Origin: Octopus vulgaris
Taxonomy: Eukaryota
DNA: 64,000 bases
Direction of reading: 5' to 3'
NCBI GenBank assembly: GCA_951406725.2
Contig: OX597819.1
Span: 26,846,001 to 26,910,000, forward strand
Below are positions 27,030-41,088 of the stretch, in pieces. The notes under the pieces are model-generated. The model was not told the origin of the DNA, ran no database searches, and saw nothing but the letters and a program-made list of their open reading frames with translations. Every line of letters begins with the position of its first letter. Position 1 is the stretch's first letter. The translations under genes and the position numbers were made by a program.

Positions 27030-27556
27030 GTAATATGTATTCAAACACGCACGCCTATGTATAGATTGCGATTGAGCATTCGTCGTATTTGATTATAAAA
27101 TTGATGAAACTGGAGTAAACAAGGAGTACGGCTGGACAGTTGTTTTTTAATCACTACAAATGGTTTCACGCAACGTAGTTCTCCAAAAGTACAGGAATTT
27201 TATTAAGCAATTGATCATTTGTATAATGAGATCTAATTTTGTTTCCTCGTGTGATATTCTTGTGTTGCCTCTGTTAGTTTAATAAAGCAAAAACTATTCC
27301 TCGACCTAATACATATAGATGCTCCTTTCCCGAATTCCCACAAAATCTAAAACTCTTTAATAAACTTGAAACCATTTGACTTAAAATGAACAGAAAATCT
27401 CTCTATTTCAAGATCAACGGTCATAACAAGAAATTATATAAATTGCATATATGCTTGTAAATGTATTGTAGTTGTTGTATCTACGCAATTATATAAATTA
27501 CTCCTCTCTTCAATACGTACCTCCACCCAGTAATCTATATATATATATATATATAC

Positions 27557-27592
<36 letters not shown>

Positions 27593-27831
27593 CTGGTTGG
27601 AGGTACTTATCTCCCCCTTTGAAAACACAGGAAATATGTCATGGCCAACAGGAAACGGTGTTTCCTAGGGTTAAATAGCAGTAGTATTCTTCCCTTTCAC
27701 GGGACTGTCACATTAAATTGACAACATACCATCACTTTATATAACGGGAAGCTTTATGAAAATAGACAGAAGACGAAGGCAGGTGGAAAACAAACAAACA
27801 ATTGTATTAGTATGGCGCTCAATGCTCCAAT

Positions 27832-27897
<66 letters not shown>

Positions 27898-28615
27898 TCC
27901 AGCATAGACACATCCGCATTGCTGAAACTAATAAAAGAGTATACATGCATATGAATCTACCCCAGTACTTAATTTTGCTAAGCCTAGTACTTATTCCATT
28001 GATCACTTTATATATATGTATACGAGGGGAGAGAGAAAGAAAATATACATTTCTGTATGCGTAGCTGGAGACACATACACAGACTTATGTGCGTGTGTGT
28101 ATTTATTTATTTATTTATTGATCTATTTAGTTATGTATTTATACACGCACATACAAAACAACTTCGATATGTTTTCCTTTCCCGCTGAGTAATGTCTACC
28201 ACAAATAATTATAAACATCAAGGAAGCATTGATGTAGCAAAGACATACTACAAACGCTAATGCACAGATTTATCTTTTTGTTCTGTAATTAGGTTTCTCT
28301 TTCAAGTCTATGTTTCCGGATCCTTCTGGGTATTGAGTTTGCTTATAACTCCTTAAGTGTCGTTAGCATAGAACAAAGAATGTATTGGAATCGAATCAAG
28401 CCACAGTGACGAACTATATTCCACTGCTCTCTGGTAATAGTTTAGATTAACCAGTTACCCTCCTGGGTCGAGAATATTGTACAGATGTATGGTAGAAAAC
28501 CATGAACTACTTGAGGTTTTTTTCTTTGTTTTGTCCACCAAATTTACTTTGCTCTTAATAACTTCAGAATAAAAATCTAATAATTTTATTTCCTTCTGTT
28601 TCGATCTTTTCACAG

Positions 28616-28706
28616 ATGTCTCTCAAAAATATATGGCATGACAGCTTTCAAAGAGCTGTGTCCATTTGCCAAGGAATTACATTCGCAGATTGTGACAGCC
28701 ATAAAG
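28616..28706 (+). CDS. Candidate internal exon, unidentified protein (CLSKIYGMTAFKELCPFAKELHSQIVTAIK)
   Basis: Strong acceptor TTTCCTTCTGTTTCGATCTTTTCACAG and donor AAG/GTAACA, 91 nt; the phase 2-0 frame is open and matches the upstream exon. Confidence 0.6.
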
Positions 28707-29886
28707 GTAACATTGAATATATATTTTATTATTTTCTCAACGACTATATTTAGAGATGTTTTTTGTTAAATTTGTCCTAGTTTCAGTGAAAAAAGATGTT
28801 CTCCAGCTACACTGAATTAATACTATTTGCACTGCAAAATCAAGTTAGTATCCAAATTATGCTTAACCATCTACCGTCGAGTAAAGTTGCTTATATGCCA
28901 TTGGTTTGATATTCTTCTGACAGTGTTGGTTCGGTGACAGACTAATGCCCAGCATTTATTACATTAGTAAAGTTGTCTTCAAATTATGTTGGGTTTAACT
29001 TCGCCTTTCATCCTTCCTACGTCGTAGTGTCCATCAGATAAGTTCTTGAACTTGATTCGATTTCACAACATGTGTGGGCTTTGTGATTAAGATAGAAATC
29101 ATTATCACGGAAAATTCTAATACTTTATCTGACTAAAGTGCCAAACTAAATATCTAGCTAAATACGTTTAGCCTCTTCTTTATGATTTCAAATCCTGCTT
29201 GTTGACAGATGCCTGAAAGCCAAGAATAAGTACATATCAGAACGCGACTTCTAATCAGTTTGGATTGCCAGTTGTAATCAAATCAGTTTATTTATTATCC
29301 TTGAGGAAAGACATAAAAACGTTACGCAAGTACAACATCGATTTTTCAGAACCTCTGCTTCCAAAGCCAATCCAGATAAACTGATTTTTTTTTCCGAACC
29401 AGAGGTGATCACATTCGAAATTAAACAAATATTGAATTTACTCAATTAAATGAAATTCAGGTACTTGTACATTAGCATACATGATTACAAGTTTATTAAT
29501 ATTGTACTGTGCTAGATACTGGTCCGTGAAAGATACCAGTAAACTACGCTGTCAGCTGCAGGAACATGAATTTCCTGTTCATAAATTTGTGCGGATTAGA
29601 AGGGTCCCGGACTATCAATATCAGGAAAGGTGGTATTGTACCTATACTAAATTTTTTATCCTAAGAGTGCGCCTTTTTTCTCACGTGAAAGAAATCAAAT
29701 ATTAGCAAAGTCAAATCTGTATCTAATAACCAAATTTTGCTTTTTTTTATTTTTTACTGGTCGATAAAGTAAACATCAGAAATATGTCTACTTCTAATCA
29801 CTCGCTTCAAATTTTCAATAAGAATCAATGACTGCTAATTTACTTTTGCTAAATTGAATGTTCTTAAACCCGAATAAATAATCGGC

Positions 29887-30110
29887 TCTTATTTCTTTAC
29901 TGCCCACAAGGGGCTACACACAGAGGGGATAAACAAGGATAGACAAACGGATTAAGTCGATTATATCGATCCCAGTGCGTAACTGGTACTTATTTATCGA
30001 CCTCGAAGGGATGAAAGGCAAAGTCAACCCCGACGGAATTTTGAACTCTGAACGTAGCGGCAGACGAAATACTGCTAATAATTTTGCCCGGCGTGCTAAC
30101 ATTTCTGGCT
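29887..30110 (-). mobile_element. SINE family A, tail type 2
   Basis: ATTTCTTTACTGCCCACAAGGGGCTACACACAGAGGGGATAAACAAGG...GAACTCTGAACGTAGCGGCAGACGAAATAC. Confidence 0.85.
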
Positions 30111-30203
30111 TCCAATAATCGGCTCTTATGATACAAAATACATAATACTGTAAAATAATATATGTATATACACACGCGTGCACACACACACACACACACA
30201 CAC

Positions 30204-30262
<59 letters not shown>

Positions 30263-30373
30263 CAGACAGGCAGACGGGTAAGTAGGTAAGTAGGTAGGTA
30301 GGTAGGTAGGTAGGTAGGTAGGTAGGTAGGTAGGTAGGTAGGTAGGTAGGTAGGTGGATAGATAGATGGAGAC

Positions 30374-30447
<74 letters not shown>

Positions 30448-31433
30448 GAGAAAAATGTCAGGAAGGATGAATTAGATTAGTTGACTTAATCGTATACGCT
30501 CCACTTCATTTCTATGCAAAATTTCATCTCTGCAACAAATGATATATATATATTTTATATTTTGGTGCATCTCACGCCTAACCTGGTCAACGGCCATCTT
30601 AATCGCTTTATCCACAACCTCGATATCATTTCCTCGTTCATAAACTAAATTATATTTCGGAGTATCGGTTTAAGATGAATTACAGCTTTATCTAGTCTCA
30701 AACTCTTAACATATCTCAAAATAAACTCTCTTTTTCTCTTAGCACTGCTGCTGCCATTTTCATATAAATAGGAGGGAATCTGCGATTCACAACAGTTCTT
30801 GCTTTCCTCTTACTTGAAGCATGAGCCAGTTATGTGCTCAGAAATAAGTTTTCGGTAGTTATCGACCATACTATTGTATCATCTTTGTTATATCTCATAT
30901 GTATGCTAAAGTTTAGAAAACATTTATTGCTTCTTCATTAAAAAGGATAACGACGCAACTTTTGCGCATGTTAAATAGTTAAACTTCAGATGCATTTCTG
31001 AATAAGGTCATCAGTTATGAATTCATTTCCGGTAACTTCAAAGCGCAGAGTTTCTTGGGTGCTAGATATTAATTTTTTGTAACTTTCATTTTCTTTAATT
31101 TTGTTTAATATTGTATCGACGAATATCTAGTTGCTTTGTTGCTGCTATTATTAAGCGTGGTGGGTTGGCATATGAATCATTGAATCGCTGAACAAAGATT
31201 ACGGTTAGGATGGAACGTCCTGAGTTCAAATGTCACCAAGATCAAATTTGCTTTTCATTCATTCAGGGTCGATGAAATAAGTACTAGTTCATCACAGGGG
31301 CAGATGTAATGAACTAGGCTACTCCCTCAGAATTTTAGTATTATTTAGCTACGATTATTTACGTTCAGATTTCAAGTTCAGCTGAGATCGAATTTACCCT
31401 TTAGTATTCTGGAGTAAAACACCAGTAAAATAT

Positions 31434-32053
31434 TCTTTTCTTTTCTACTCTAGGAACAATGCCCACAATTTTAGGGGAAGGGGACCAGTCAATTAAATCG
31501 ACCCTAGTACGCAACTGGTACTTACTTTATCGACCCCGAAAGGTTGAAAGGCAAAGTCGACCTCGGCGGAATTTGAACTCAGAAACTAAAGACAGACAAA
31601 ATACCTATTTCTTTACTACCGACAAGGGGGTAAACACAGAGAGGACAAACAAGGACAGACAGACGGATTAAGTCGATTAGATCGACCCCAATGCGTAACT
31701 GGTACTTATTTAATCGACCCTGAAAAGATGAAAGGCAATGTCGACCTAGGCGGAGTTTGAACTCAGAAACTAAAGACAGACGAAATACATATTTCTTTAT
31801 AACCCACAAGGGGCTAAACATATTTCTTTATTACCCACAAGGGGCTAAACATAGAGAGGACAAACAAGGACAGACAAACGGATTAAGTCGATTATCTCGA
31901 CCCCAGTGCGTAACTGGTAATTATTTCATCGATCCCGAAAGGATACAAGGCAAAGTCGACCTCGGCGGAATTTGAACTCAGAACGTAACGGCAGACGAAA
32001 TACGGCTACGCATTTCGCCCGGCGTGCTACCGATTCTGCCAGCTCGCTGCCTT
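31434..32053 (-). mobile_element. Trimeric SINE A insertion with a 15-bp target-site duplication
   Basis: TSD ACACCAGTAAAATAT at 31419-31433 and 32054-32068; one full head followed by three core+tail units. Confidence 0.9.
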
Positions 32054-32863
32054 ACACCAGTAAAATATATATTTAGGCCAAAATCATGGACTATAATCCT
32101 TCCCTGGTAATTATCAGTCCTTTTTCCAAGGTTAGAAATAATTATTGCTGCCATTGTAAGGATGCTGGATTGGTAGGATCATGAGAGCCTCGGAGCGAAC
32201 ACCTTGTGATTTTCCGTTACTGTTCTTTGAGTTCTGAGTTCAAATCCTGTTGAGTTCAGTTTAGCCATTCATTGTCTCTAGGTCGATAATAGCAGTCAGG
32301 TGCTGGGATCAATGGTATCAACTAATAAATTCCATCTACTCACTAATTTCAGGTTTTATGCCGTTGTGAGAAAAAAATTATCATGTCTGTTCTTTTTCTG
32401 TTTTTCTTTTTTTTTTCTCATGTTTTTAAGTAACTTCTTCCGACCACTTATTGGTAATGTTGCAATATGAAGCAATTTTTTCAATAAAAGATCAATGTGA
32501 TCGATACTTTTGCCACAGCATTTATGATCATGATGTATAGTGTGTCTCTGATTAGCACGTGACCCTTGTGTTAACGATAATAGCGTCACTATAGTGAAAC
32601 ATATTACTGACACATTAAACAGGTAAATTAGCTACTTAAAGATAAGCACGTGTTGATTGATGTGTATTCTTTCTGTTAATTTTGAGTGCGCAGTAATCAA
32701 AATCGGCCACTGGTCAGAAATTATGACACACTTAAAACTAGCTGCTATTTCTGGCAGATCGAGCAATCACATACTAGCTTCTTTTCTTGCTTCAAGTCAG
32801 ATGACATTTATCCATGGGTATGTACTAAGATTTTTATTCAGTTTAAAGTAAGTGACTGAAACC

Positions 32864-33094
32864 TATTTCTTTATTACCCACAAGAGGCTAAACACAGAGG
32901 GGACAAACAAGGACAGACATAGGTATTAAGTCGATTACATCGACTCCAGTGCGTAACTGGTACTTAATTTATCGACCCCGAAAGGATGAAAGGCAAAGTC
33001 GACCTCGGCGGAATTTGAACTCACAACGTAACGTAGACGAAATACCGCTAAGCATTTCGCCCGGCGTGCTAACGTTTCTGCCAGCTCGCCGCCT
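32864..33094 (-). mobile_element. SINE A monomer, tail type 2, with a 15-bp TSD
   Basis: TSD TAAGTGACTGAAACC at 32849-32863 and 33095-33109. Confidence 0.95.
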
Positions 33095-33340
33095 TAAGTG
33101 ACTGAAACCGTTTAACAATGATGCAACATTTGTCTTCAGTGGATGATTTCAATTCCACCCACTTCGATTATGTAGTCAAAAATGCGTTTTGACGAGAAAC
33201 TCCACATACTCGTAACATTATTAGCGATTGGGTTTGTGCAAGTGAAGATAAAAGCATTGAGTAGAGATTATAAAGATCTTAGTCATAAAGGCAGCGTTGT
33301 TGGTATTGTATTATATCTGACAATCTCAGATTTGATATTA

Positions 33341-33737
33341 GTTTCAAATTTTGGAAGAAGGCCAGCAATTTTGGGGAAAGAAGGAAGTCGATTACATCGA
33401 CCCCAGCGTTCAACTGGTACTTATTTCATCGACCCCGAAAGGATGAAAGGCAAAGCCGACCTCGGCATAGCTTGAACTCAAAATATAAGATCGGACGAAA
33501 TACCTATTTTTTTATTACCCAGAAGGGGCTAAATACAGAAGGGACAAACAAGGACAGACAAACGGATTAAGTCGATTATATCGACCCCAGTGCGTAGCTG
33601 GTACTTATTTAATCGACCTCGAAAGGATGAAAGACAAAGTCGACCTCGGCGGAATTTCAACTCAGAACGTAAAGACAGACGAAATACCGCTAAGCATTTC
33701 GCCTGGCGCGCAAACGATTCCGCCAGCCCACCGCCTT
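33341..33737 (-). mobile_element. Dimeric SINE A
   Basis: Head+core+tail 2, then partial head+core+tail 1; junction GACGAAATACCTATTTTT as in the trimer. Confidence 0.85.
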
Positions 33738-35264
33738 ATTTCAGGTCTAATATTATAGCTTCAACATAGGACATGTCCTCAGATGACATCGATTTACCTA
33801 ACATGAAGTGAATAGCCATCAAGGGCGATTAAACTATAGATTTTGTGAAACATTGATAGAGATGTAATGCCTTTCAGAATGATTTTAAAATTGCAAAAAT
33901 ATAAGGAAAATTCTGCCCCCAACATTACTTCAGTGTTTGTTTACCCACGAGGCTTTCTGTAATACTCTTCGTCCATACTGTGTATGGTTAATTTGCATAA
34001 AGCGAAGAGAAACTGTAAGAGAGAATTTGATGTTAGTCATTGGCTGTTCGTTTCTTATCACTAGGATTGTATTTACTGTCTCTGATCAAGTAACACACAT
34101 AGTTTAGCCCATGCTGCTACAAATTCAAAAAATAACAGATTACCAAATACTGCTTGCTTCGTCAAATTAGTCATTGTTTTGTTGGCTAGCAGCGGTTGGT
34201 GTTCATTTAATATTGTCAGCTCAACTTTCAGTAGATAATTAGAACGAAGAGTTTCTCTATTAATTGCCTTGAAATCAAAATGCTTTTTGGTTGGGTAAAG
34301 ACTGGTTGGGTAAAGACATTATAGAAACGTTTTTAGCATTAAAAATGTAAAATAAGTCGAGAGTCAACTTCGCATATATCTGCAGAAGCCGACTTGATCC
34401 TGAGGTGCTGTATACTTCATGAAACAGCTTGTGATAGTGAATTATTTGTTATTTTCCTTTCCACCAATCAACCTAGTTATAATTCCATTTATTGAATAGA
34501 AGAAAAAACAACAACCAATTGAGATGACATGTAACCTATACAGCGATCTTCTCTGTTAATTAGTTGCCAGAAAAATCTTCAACAATTTTTATATTTTGAT
34601 TTATACATAAATAGATTTTTAAAAAAAATATACGTAATCATTGGCAGGAAATTATGAAAGAAATATTGCTTGATATTTGTAGCAGTTGGTCGTTCGTTTT
34701 ACGAGTAGATTATTTCAAAGAATTTCCACTAACCCCAAGAAATAAACGGCATGTCATTATACAAAAGAGAAATCTTTTCAGACATAAGTTGATTCGGTTG
34801 CGCCAATTTTAAATCGATTAATTTTGTCTGCCTCTATAACACAAAATCATTTCTAAATATGATCGAATTTTTCAATTATATTGTGCATGGTGATAGTATA
34901 TGGTTTTTATTTTTTCACTTTATTCATCTTCACCTAAAATTCTTCATTAGTTTCTTCATTTTTCTTCTTCCTCCCTTTCTTTCTCGTCTACTTCTCTTTC
35001 TAATTCTCCTTCTTATTCTTCTATAATTTTCAACTTTAAAATATTTATAGCGTAATCCAAAAATTTCAAGATGAAAATATACCTATTGATTTTTCTACTT
35101 TCTTTTCAAATTTAATCTTTATCTTCAAAAGCAAAAGGCGTCAGTCGGAGAAAATTTCGAAAAACTTCATAATAGGTATTTTAAGTTTGTACACTCAATA
35201 CAGAAATTGTAAGATTATACGGACAGACACACACGCGTACACGCACGCACACACACACACACTG

Positions 35265-35300
<36 letters not shown>

Positions 35301-35310
35301 TTATGTGTCA

Positions 35311-35348
<38 letters not shown>

Positions 35349-35432
35349 TATATATGTATATACTATTGCACACACAAGTAAATTTACAAGATATACTTTT
35401 ATGAATGTATAAACTGTTTTATACATGCACAC

Positions 35433-35484
<52 letters not shown>

Positions 35485-35593
35485 TGACATGTATATAACT
35501 AAATATAAATATGATTAGATGTTGATAACCATATATATGATTTTTATTCATATAATTTGTGTACATATATAATTATATATACGCACATGATTT

Positions 35594-35665
<72 letters not shown>

Positions 35666-37308
35666 GTTATTCAGATAAGCAGTTTATACTCACGTACATT
35701 TCTATGTACAATAGTGTTCATAGGCATATAGTTGTCTTTGAAAATATCTTTTACATAATGAAATTTTGATTAAACTGATTTGGAATCGTCTCTGTTTTGG
35801 CCTGAAGTGTTTGTTATTTCGTTTAATTTTGATGGCAGCTGACTCCATTAGAATATAATCGAAACTGCATGGTGCAATTACATAAATGACAATAACTTAC
35901 ATCTTCGTTTACATTTTTTTATTGTCTTCTTGATAACGTTCCATTTTAAATAGCATTTCTACCATTAAAAATTCATTCCTGCATGCTCACTTGATAATCT
36001 CAACGCTATTGGTATTTGCTGCTATCTTAAGATTTTTTCTATTATTATTATTCATTATTCTGGTATGCTAATGAATCCTTATATTTAACGAAGGTCGTTA
36101 TATGTTTTATTGTAAGGAAAGGTTACTAAACACGAATATCAATATGCTAATATTTGTTTTCGACACGACCGAGAAAGCAGATATTCTGTGACGAATAATA
36201 GCATAATATGATGTTTCTACTCCTTTCCTGGAGGCATTGCTTAAATAAGTAAACTGATAGGGTTGCGGCTGGCAATCCAAACTGATTAAAAGCTACGTTT
36301 TTCTTATGAATTTATTCTTGGCTCTTAGGTGTCTTTTAGCAAATGTACTTAAGAGAATGTACTAATATCCTTCATATATTTGATGAAGAAAAACAACAGA
36401 CTTTGGACTGCAGGAGCTATGTATCAACCTAATCGATTCCAATATATTTCTCGAACTTAATCTACGGTTCTTGATTGAATGAAAAGTAAGATCGATCACT
36501 CTGGGATTCGACTAAATACCACAAGGCATTTAATCGGATGATGATTTTTTTTTGTCAATTCACCTACTTTTTCCCCATTTTCTTATCTTTTACTTCTGTT
36601 TACTTTTTGTTCCTTTTTCTCTTCTCTTACCTGCCTCATTTTCTTCTTCCTCTTTCCCTTTTTCTATCTTTTACATCTTCATCTATATTTTTTTTCTCTT
36701 TTTACACTTATTTTTCTCCTGACAGTTGCACTGAGATGCGCTGCACCCCACCACTCCAGGATTCTTTATCCCCATTAGCTTTCATAGTTTTTCATTCATA
36801 CGTTGTCTATATCCACCAATAACATCAGTGTAGTAAGTTGAATGCATTAATAAATTATTAATATGTCATACGTATTCATTCCTAATACGTTTCGGCAGAT
36901 TCGAATGAAAATATGTTAATCGCTGTTGTATTTCGTCAATGGGTAACAACTTCGTTCAGTTCAATGTGTTCATAATGCACTCGATTTATTAGAGTAAAGC
37001 GACTTTGGGACACTTGTTGTTTCGACATCTTTGGGTCTTCTCAGGCTCTGACTTCTGACTAATGAATCTAACAGGAGTTTTGGCTGTTGTTTATATATTC
37101 ATCAAAAGTGTTTTTTTTTTTCTGATGACTTTACTGGATGAATAGACAGAATACAGAAAAGCCCAAACATATTCATTTTCACACAGGCATGTGCCAATTC
37201 AATGCTACAGAAAGATACACATGCTCAATATTTCGTGCACTGGAATCGAATCCAAAATGTCGTGCTTACGAAGCAAAATTTCTAACCACTTACCCATTGG
37301 TTCTCTCT

Positions 37309-37347
<39 letters not shown>

Positions 37348-37435
37348 TCGTCCCTCTGTATATATATATATATATATATATACACTTATAAATATATATA
37401 TATATACATTTGTATACGCACAAACACACACACAC

Positions 37436-37625
37436 ACACAGTCATTTCACTGCGGCCATGCTGGGGCACTGCCTTGAAGAATTTTAGTAGAATGAATCGA
37501 ACACAGTGCGGACTTTTCTTTTCAATCATGGTATTTATTCTACCCCACTCTTATTGCCTAACCGCTAAGTTATAGGGTATGTAAACAACACCAGTTGTCA
37601 AGCGACGATGGTGATACACACCGAT
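37436..37625 (-). mobile_element. SINE family B tail
   Basis: CAGTCATTTCACTGCGGCCATGCTGG...ACCGCTAAGTTATAGGG...TTGTCAAGCGACG. Confidence 0.7.
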
Positions 37626-37789
37626 AGAAAGACACACACACACACATACACATACAACATCGGGAACAATTTCGTGCAAGGCACTCTGGCAAAGCGCTGC
37701 CCCTCTAAGTGGAAAACATATGTGTCGTTGTGGTTTTGTGGATCGAAACAAAGCAGGCCTTATCGTCCCCTCAAGAATCCATCATATGT

Positions 37790-38171
37790 ATGTGTGTGTA
37801 TGTGTGTGTGCGCGTGTGTATACATATATATGTATACATATATAAATGCATATCTATGTATATATATATATATGTATGTATATATGTATATATATATATA
37901 TGTATGTATGCTTGTATATATGTATGCATGTATATATGTATTTATGTATATATGTATGTATATATGCATATATGTATGTATATGTGTGTATACATATATA
38001 TATGTATGTATGTATATGCGTATATATATATGTATATATATATGTGTGTGTATATGTATGTATACATGCATGTATATATGTATGTATATATGCATATATG
38101 TGTATATATGAGTATATATATATGTATATATATATGCGTGTATATGTATGTATGTATATGTGCGTGTACAC

Positions 38172-38250
<79 letters not shown>
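37790..38250. repeat. Cryptic (TA/TG) compound microsatellite
   Basis: Shuffled TATG/TATA/TGTG units; source of several spurious ORFs. Confidence 0.95.
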
Positions 38251-38251
<1 letters not shown>

Positions 38252-38711
38252 ACATAGAAGCCAAGTCGTGGGACCGACCTCAGAAACTTATGGTTGTGAA
38301 GCCAAATTCTTAACTCCGTAACCGTCACGTTACTCATCTTATCTTACACCCGCTCTTTTCGTTGAAATTCATGAATTTTAGAACATGTTTTATTTTTGTT
38401 TTAATATCTCTGATCATGTATAGTGCAAGAAGCTTTCGTATATAATGCTATAAGAAAAAGTATATTCGTATACGTCTCAATGTCCCAATTATTTCTGAGC
38501 GTCGGACAAAACCCCACAAGGACAAACCCTTCAAAAAAAAAAGGCCTGAGTAAAAAGAAACGCTGGTGACGAAACTCCCTAGGAAAAAACGAAAACAAAT
38601 AATTTTTTTAGTCGCAAGTTTTACTCTTATTATTTGTAGTTTCTGAACACTTCTCTAAGATGTAAACTATTACATTAATGGTATAATATATTGTGCTCAT
38701 TCTGGGATCCG

Positions 38712-39047
38712 GGACCCCCTTCGGTCACGACACTGACCATGGGATTGCACCTAGAAAGTTACCCTCCTAGTCACAAGTCTGGGCATGGTTGTTTATGGAA
38801 GACCAGCAGTCGCCCATGCATACCGGCCTCCCCTCTCCACGCCACCAGTGTTATCCAAGGGAAAGGCAAAGGCCGATACAGCTTGGCACTCGTGACGTCG
38901 CAACTCATTTCTACAGCTGAGTGAACTGGAGCAACGTGAAATAAAGTGTCTTGATCAAGAGCACAACACGCAACCCGGTCCGGGATTCGAGCTCACAACC
39001 TCACGATCGTAAGCTCGACGCTCTAACCACTGAGCCATACGCCTTCA
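38712..39047 (-). mobile_element. SINE family C, full length
   Basis: Near-identical to 10934-11276; minus-strand head TGAAGGCGTATGGCTCAGTGGTTAGAGCGTCGAG...CTCGAATCCCG. Confidence 0.9.
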
Positions 39048-39048
39048 T

Positions 39049-39152
39049 AATTATATAATTATATAATGAACATAGTTAAAAGAATTATATAATTATATAA
39101 TGAACTTAGTTAAAAGAATTATATAATTATATAATGAACTTAGTTAAAAGAA
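39049..39152. repeat. Three tandem copies of a 34-bp unit
   Basis: AATTATATAATTATATAATGAAC(A/T)TAGTTAAAAG x3, directly beside the SINE C head. Confidence 0.95.
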
Positions 39153-39628
39153 CATCATGCCATATTTTTGAAAAATTAAAAGAAACACAGCATTGAAAGC
39201 CCCATTAAGTATTGAGGTTCATTTACAGTTCATTTTGCTACAACCTGGTGCAGTGCCCTACGCCATTCATAAATATCTCTACAGTCTCCCTCTCATTCAC
39301 ATAGTACACAGGGTGTTTTTCCCTAGTGCGGATTTCTCCAGACCTCATATCTTTTCATAATATGTTTCGATCTGTTGCTTTGCCACAGCCTTCCCCAAGA
39401 CTAATTCATAGTCTTTTTTTTTTTTAAACTTTCTTTAGAGATATTAAAGATATTTCAGTTCTAAAAATACGATAATCTTCCTTTGCGAGATTGAAAAGCT
39501 ATAAAACAAATTATCGAAAGTTATCTATCTGTTAAACGAGTGCAAACAAAGCGTTTTAGTTAAAAGCAAAATCTAGCCATAAATTCACAAAGAATCACAA
39601 CAAAAGTTAATGCCATTATTATTATTAT

Positions 39629-39678
<50 letters not shown>

Positions 39679-39989
39679 CTAGTGGTGCTGGTGGTGCTGG
39701 TGGTGCTGGTGGTGGTGATATTATTTGTATTCTGTTCGCGTTTCCTTACTTTGTGGAATTCTTTCTTTTAAATTTAGATAGTTTGCACAAAATTTCCAAA
39801 ACGAAAGCGAAGAATATACAGATATAGAAATATGTGAACATTACTAAGAATGGTCCGCACATAAATTTTCTGAGAATACTTCAAGTTTGATTTACTGAAG
39901 TCTGACATTTTGTGCATATTTAATGCAAATATGTTTAAAAAAAGAAAAAGCAAATAGATCAGATAATAGAACAGAGGAAGGAGATAGTA

Positions 39990-40520
39990 TATAGGTAGAA
40001 GGAATTTTAAGATATGCAAAGGGAGACAAACAAATGGTTAGTTGAATATGTATGTAGGTTGGGTTGATATAAGTAGAAGGTAATAAAGAAGGATAGATAT
40101 TAGATAGGACGGACCGAATTTAAATTGAATATATTTTGATGTTTTTCTCTATTTAATATGAGAATTAGTGATAATAGATATTATAGCGAAGGTATGTATA
40201 TTGGCTGGGGAATGGAAAGATAAGACTGTAGAGAGTGTAGGCTTTAAGTAAGGAGTTTAACTGAAGGTGTAGACAGTAATGGCGATATAGGGATACATTA
40301 AGATATTCATAGGTAAAACGAATTCGTTTCCTGAAACATCATTTTTTGCAATATATTGAGATTGATTAAATTAACGATAATCCCTGATTGTTAAAGTTTG
40401 GTATTTTGCCTAATCGAAAGAATTAAATTCGATAGAGATGTAGAGGTGTAGACAGGATGATGTAGGTAAATCGATATTTTGATAAATAAACAGGAAAATG
40501 CCCGCACACACACACGTATA
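39990..40520 (-). mobile_element. Possible decayed Penelope-like RT fragment
   Basis: Minus-strand translations VLPMNI, PISPLLSTPSVKLL and LSFFITFYLY occur in the order of the LPK.HK..PLRPIVS...P.YKLA and VSFD.TSL motifs of Penelope RTs; heavily degraded. Confidence 0.3.
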
Positions 40521-40854
40521 ATGGCAACTTCTTGTTGATTGCTTGGATTATGGTATACATACGTATAACCTATTGTAGAAACTGAACTGAAAATTTCGTT
40601 ATCTCATTGTGTATCTATTGCTACCTAACTCTTTGCCTGACCTGTGTATCACTTGTCATAAGCAGGACATATTTCTTTGGCATCTATGTATCATATATGA
40701 TGCGCATTCCAAATTTTTTCAAGCGACTAAGTAATGTGGGTCTGTTGAAAGGAAAACTATATATATGATAGTGAGCATACGAAACAAGGGCAAACTAAAA
40801 GTCTGTAAATAAGCATTGTTGTTTAAGACGAAAATATGAAAATACTTTGAACAT

Positions 40855-41019
40855 AGACGCAGGAGAGGCTGTGTGGTAAGTAGCTTGCTTACCAACCACA
40901 TGGTTCCGGGTTCAGTACCACTGCGTGGCACCTTGGGCAAGTGTCTTCTACTATAGCTTCGGGCCAACAAAAGCCTTGTGAGTGGATTTGGTAGACGGAA
41001 ACAGAAAAGAAGCCCGTCG

Positions 41020-41088
<69 letters not shown>

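Noticed and set aside
31434-32053. CRISPR-like regularly repeated units
   Set aside because: The units are SINE cores with SINE tails inside a TSD, in eukaryotic DNA with no cas genes.
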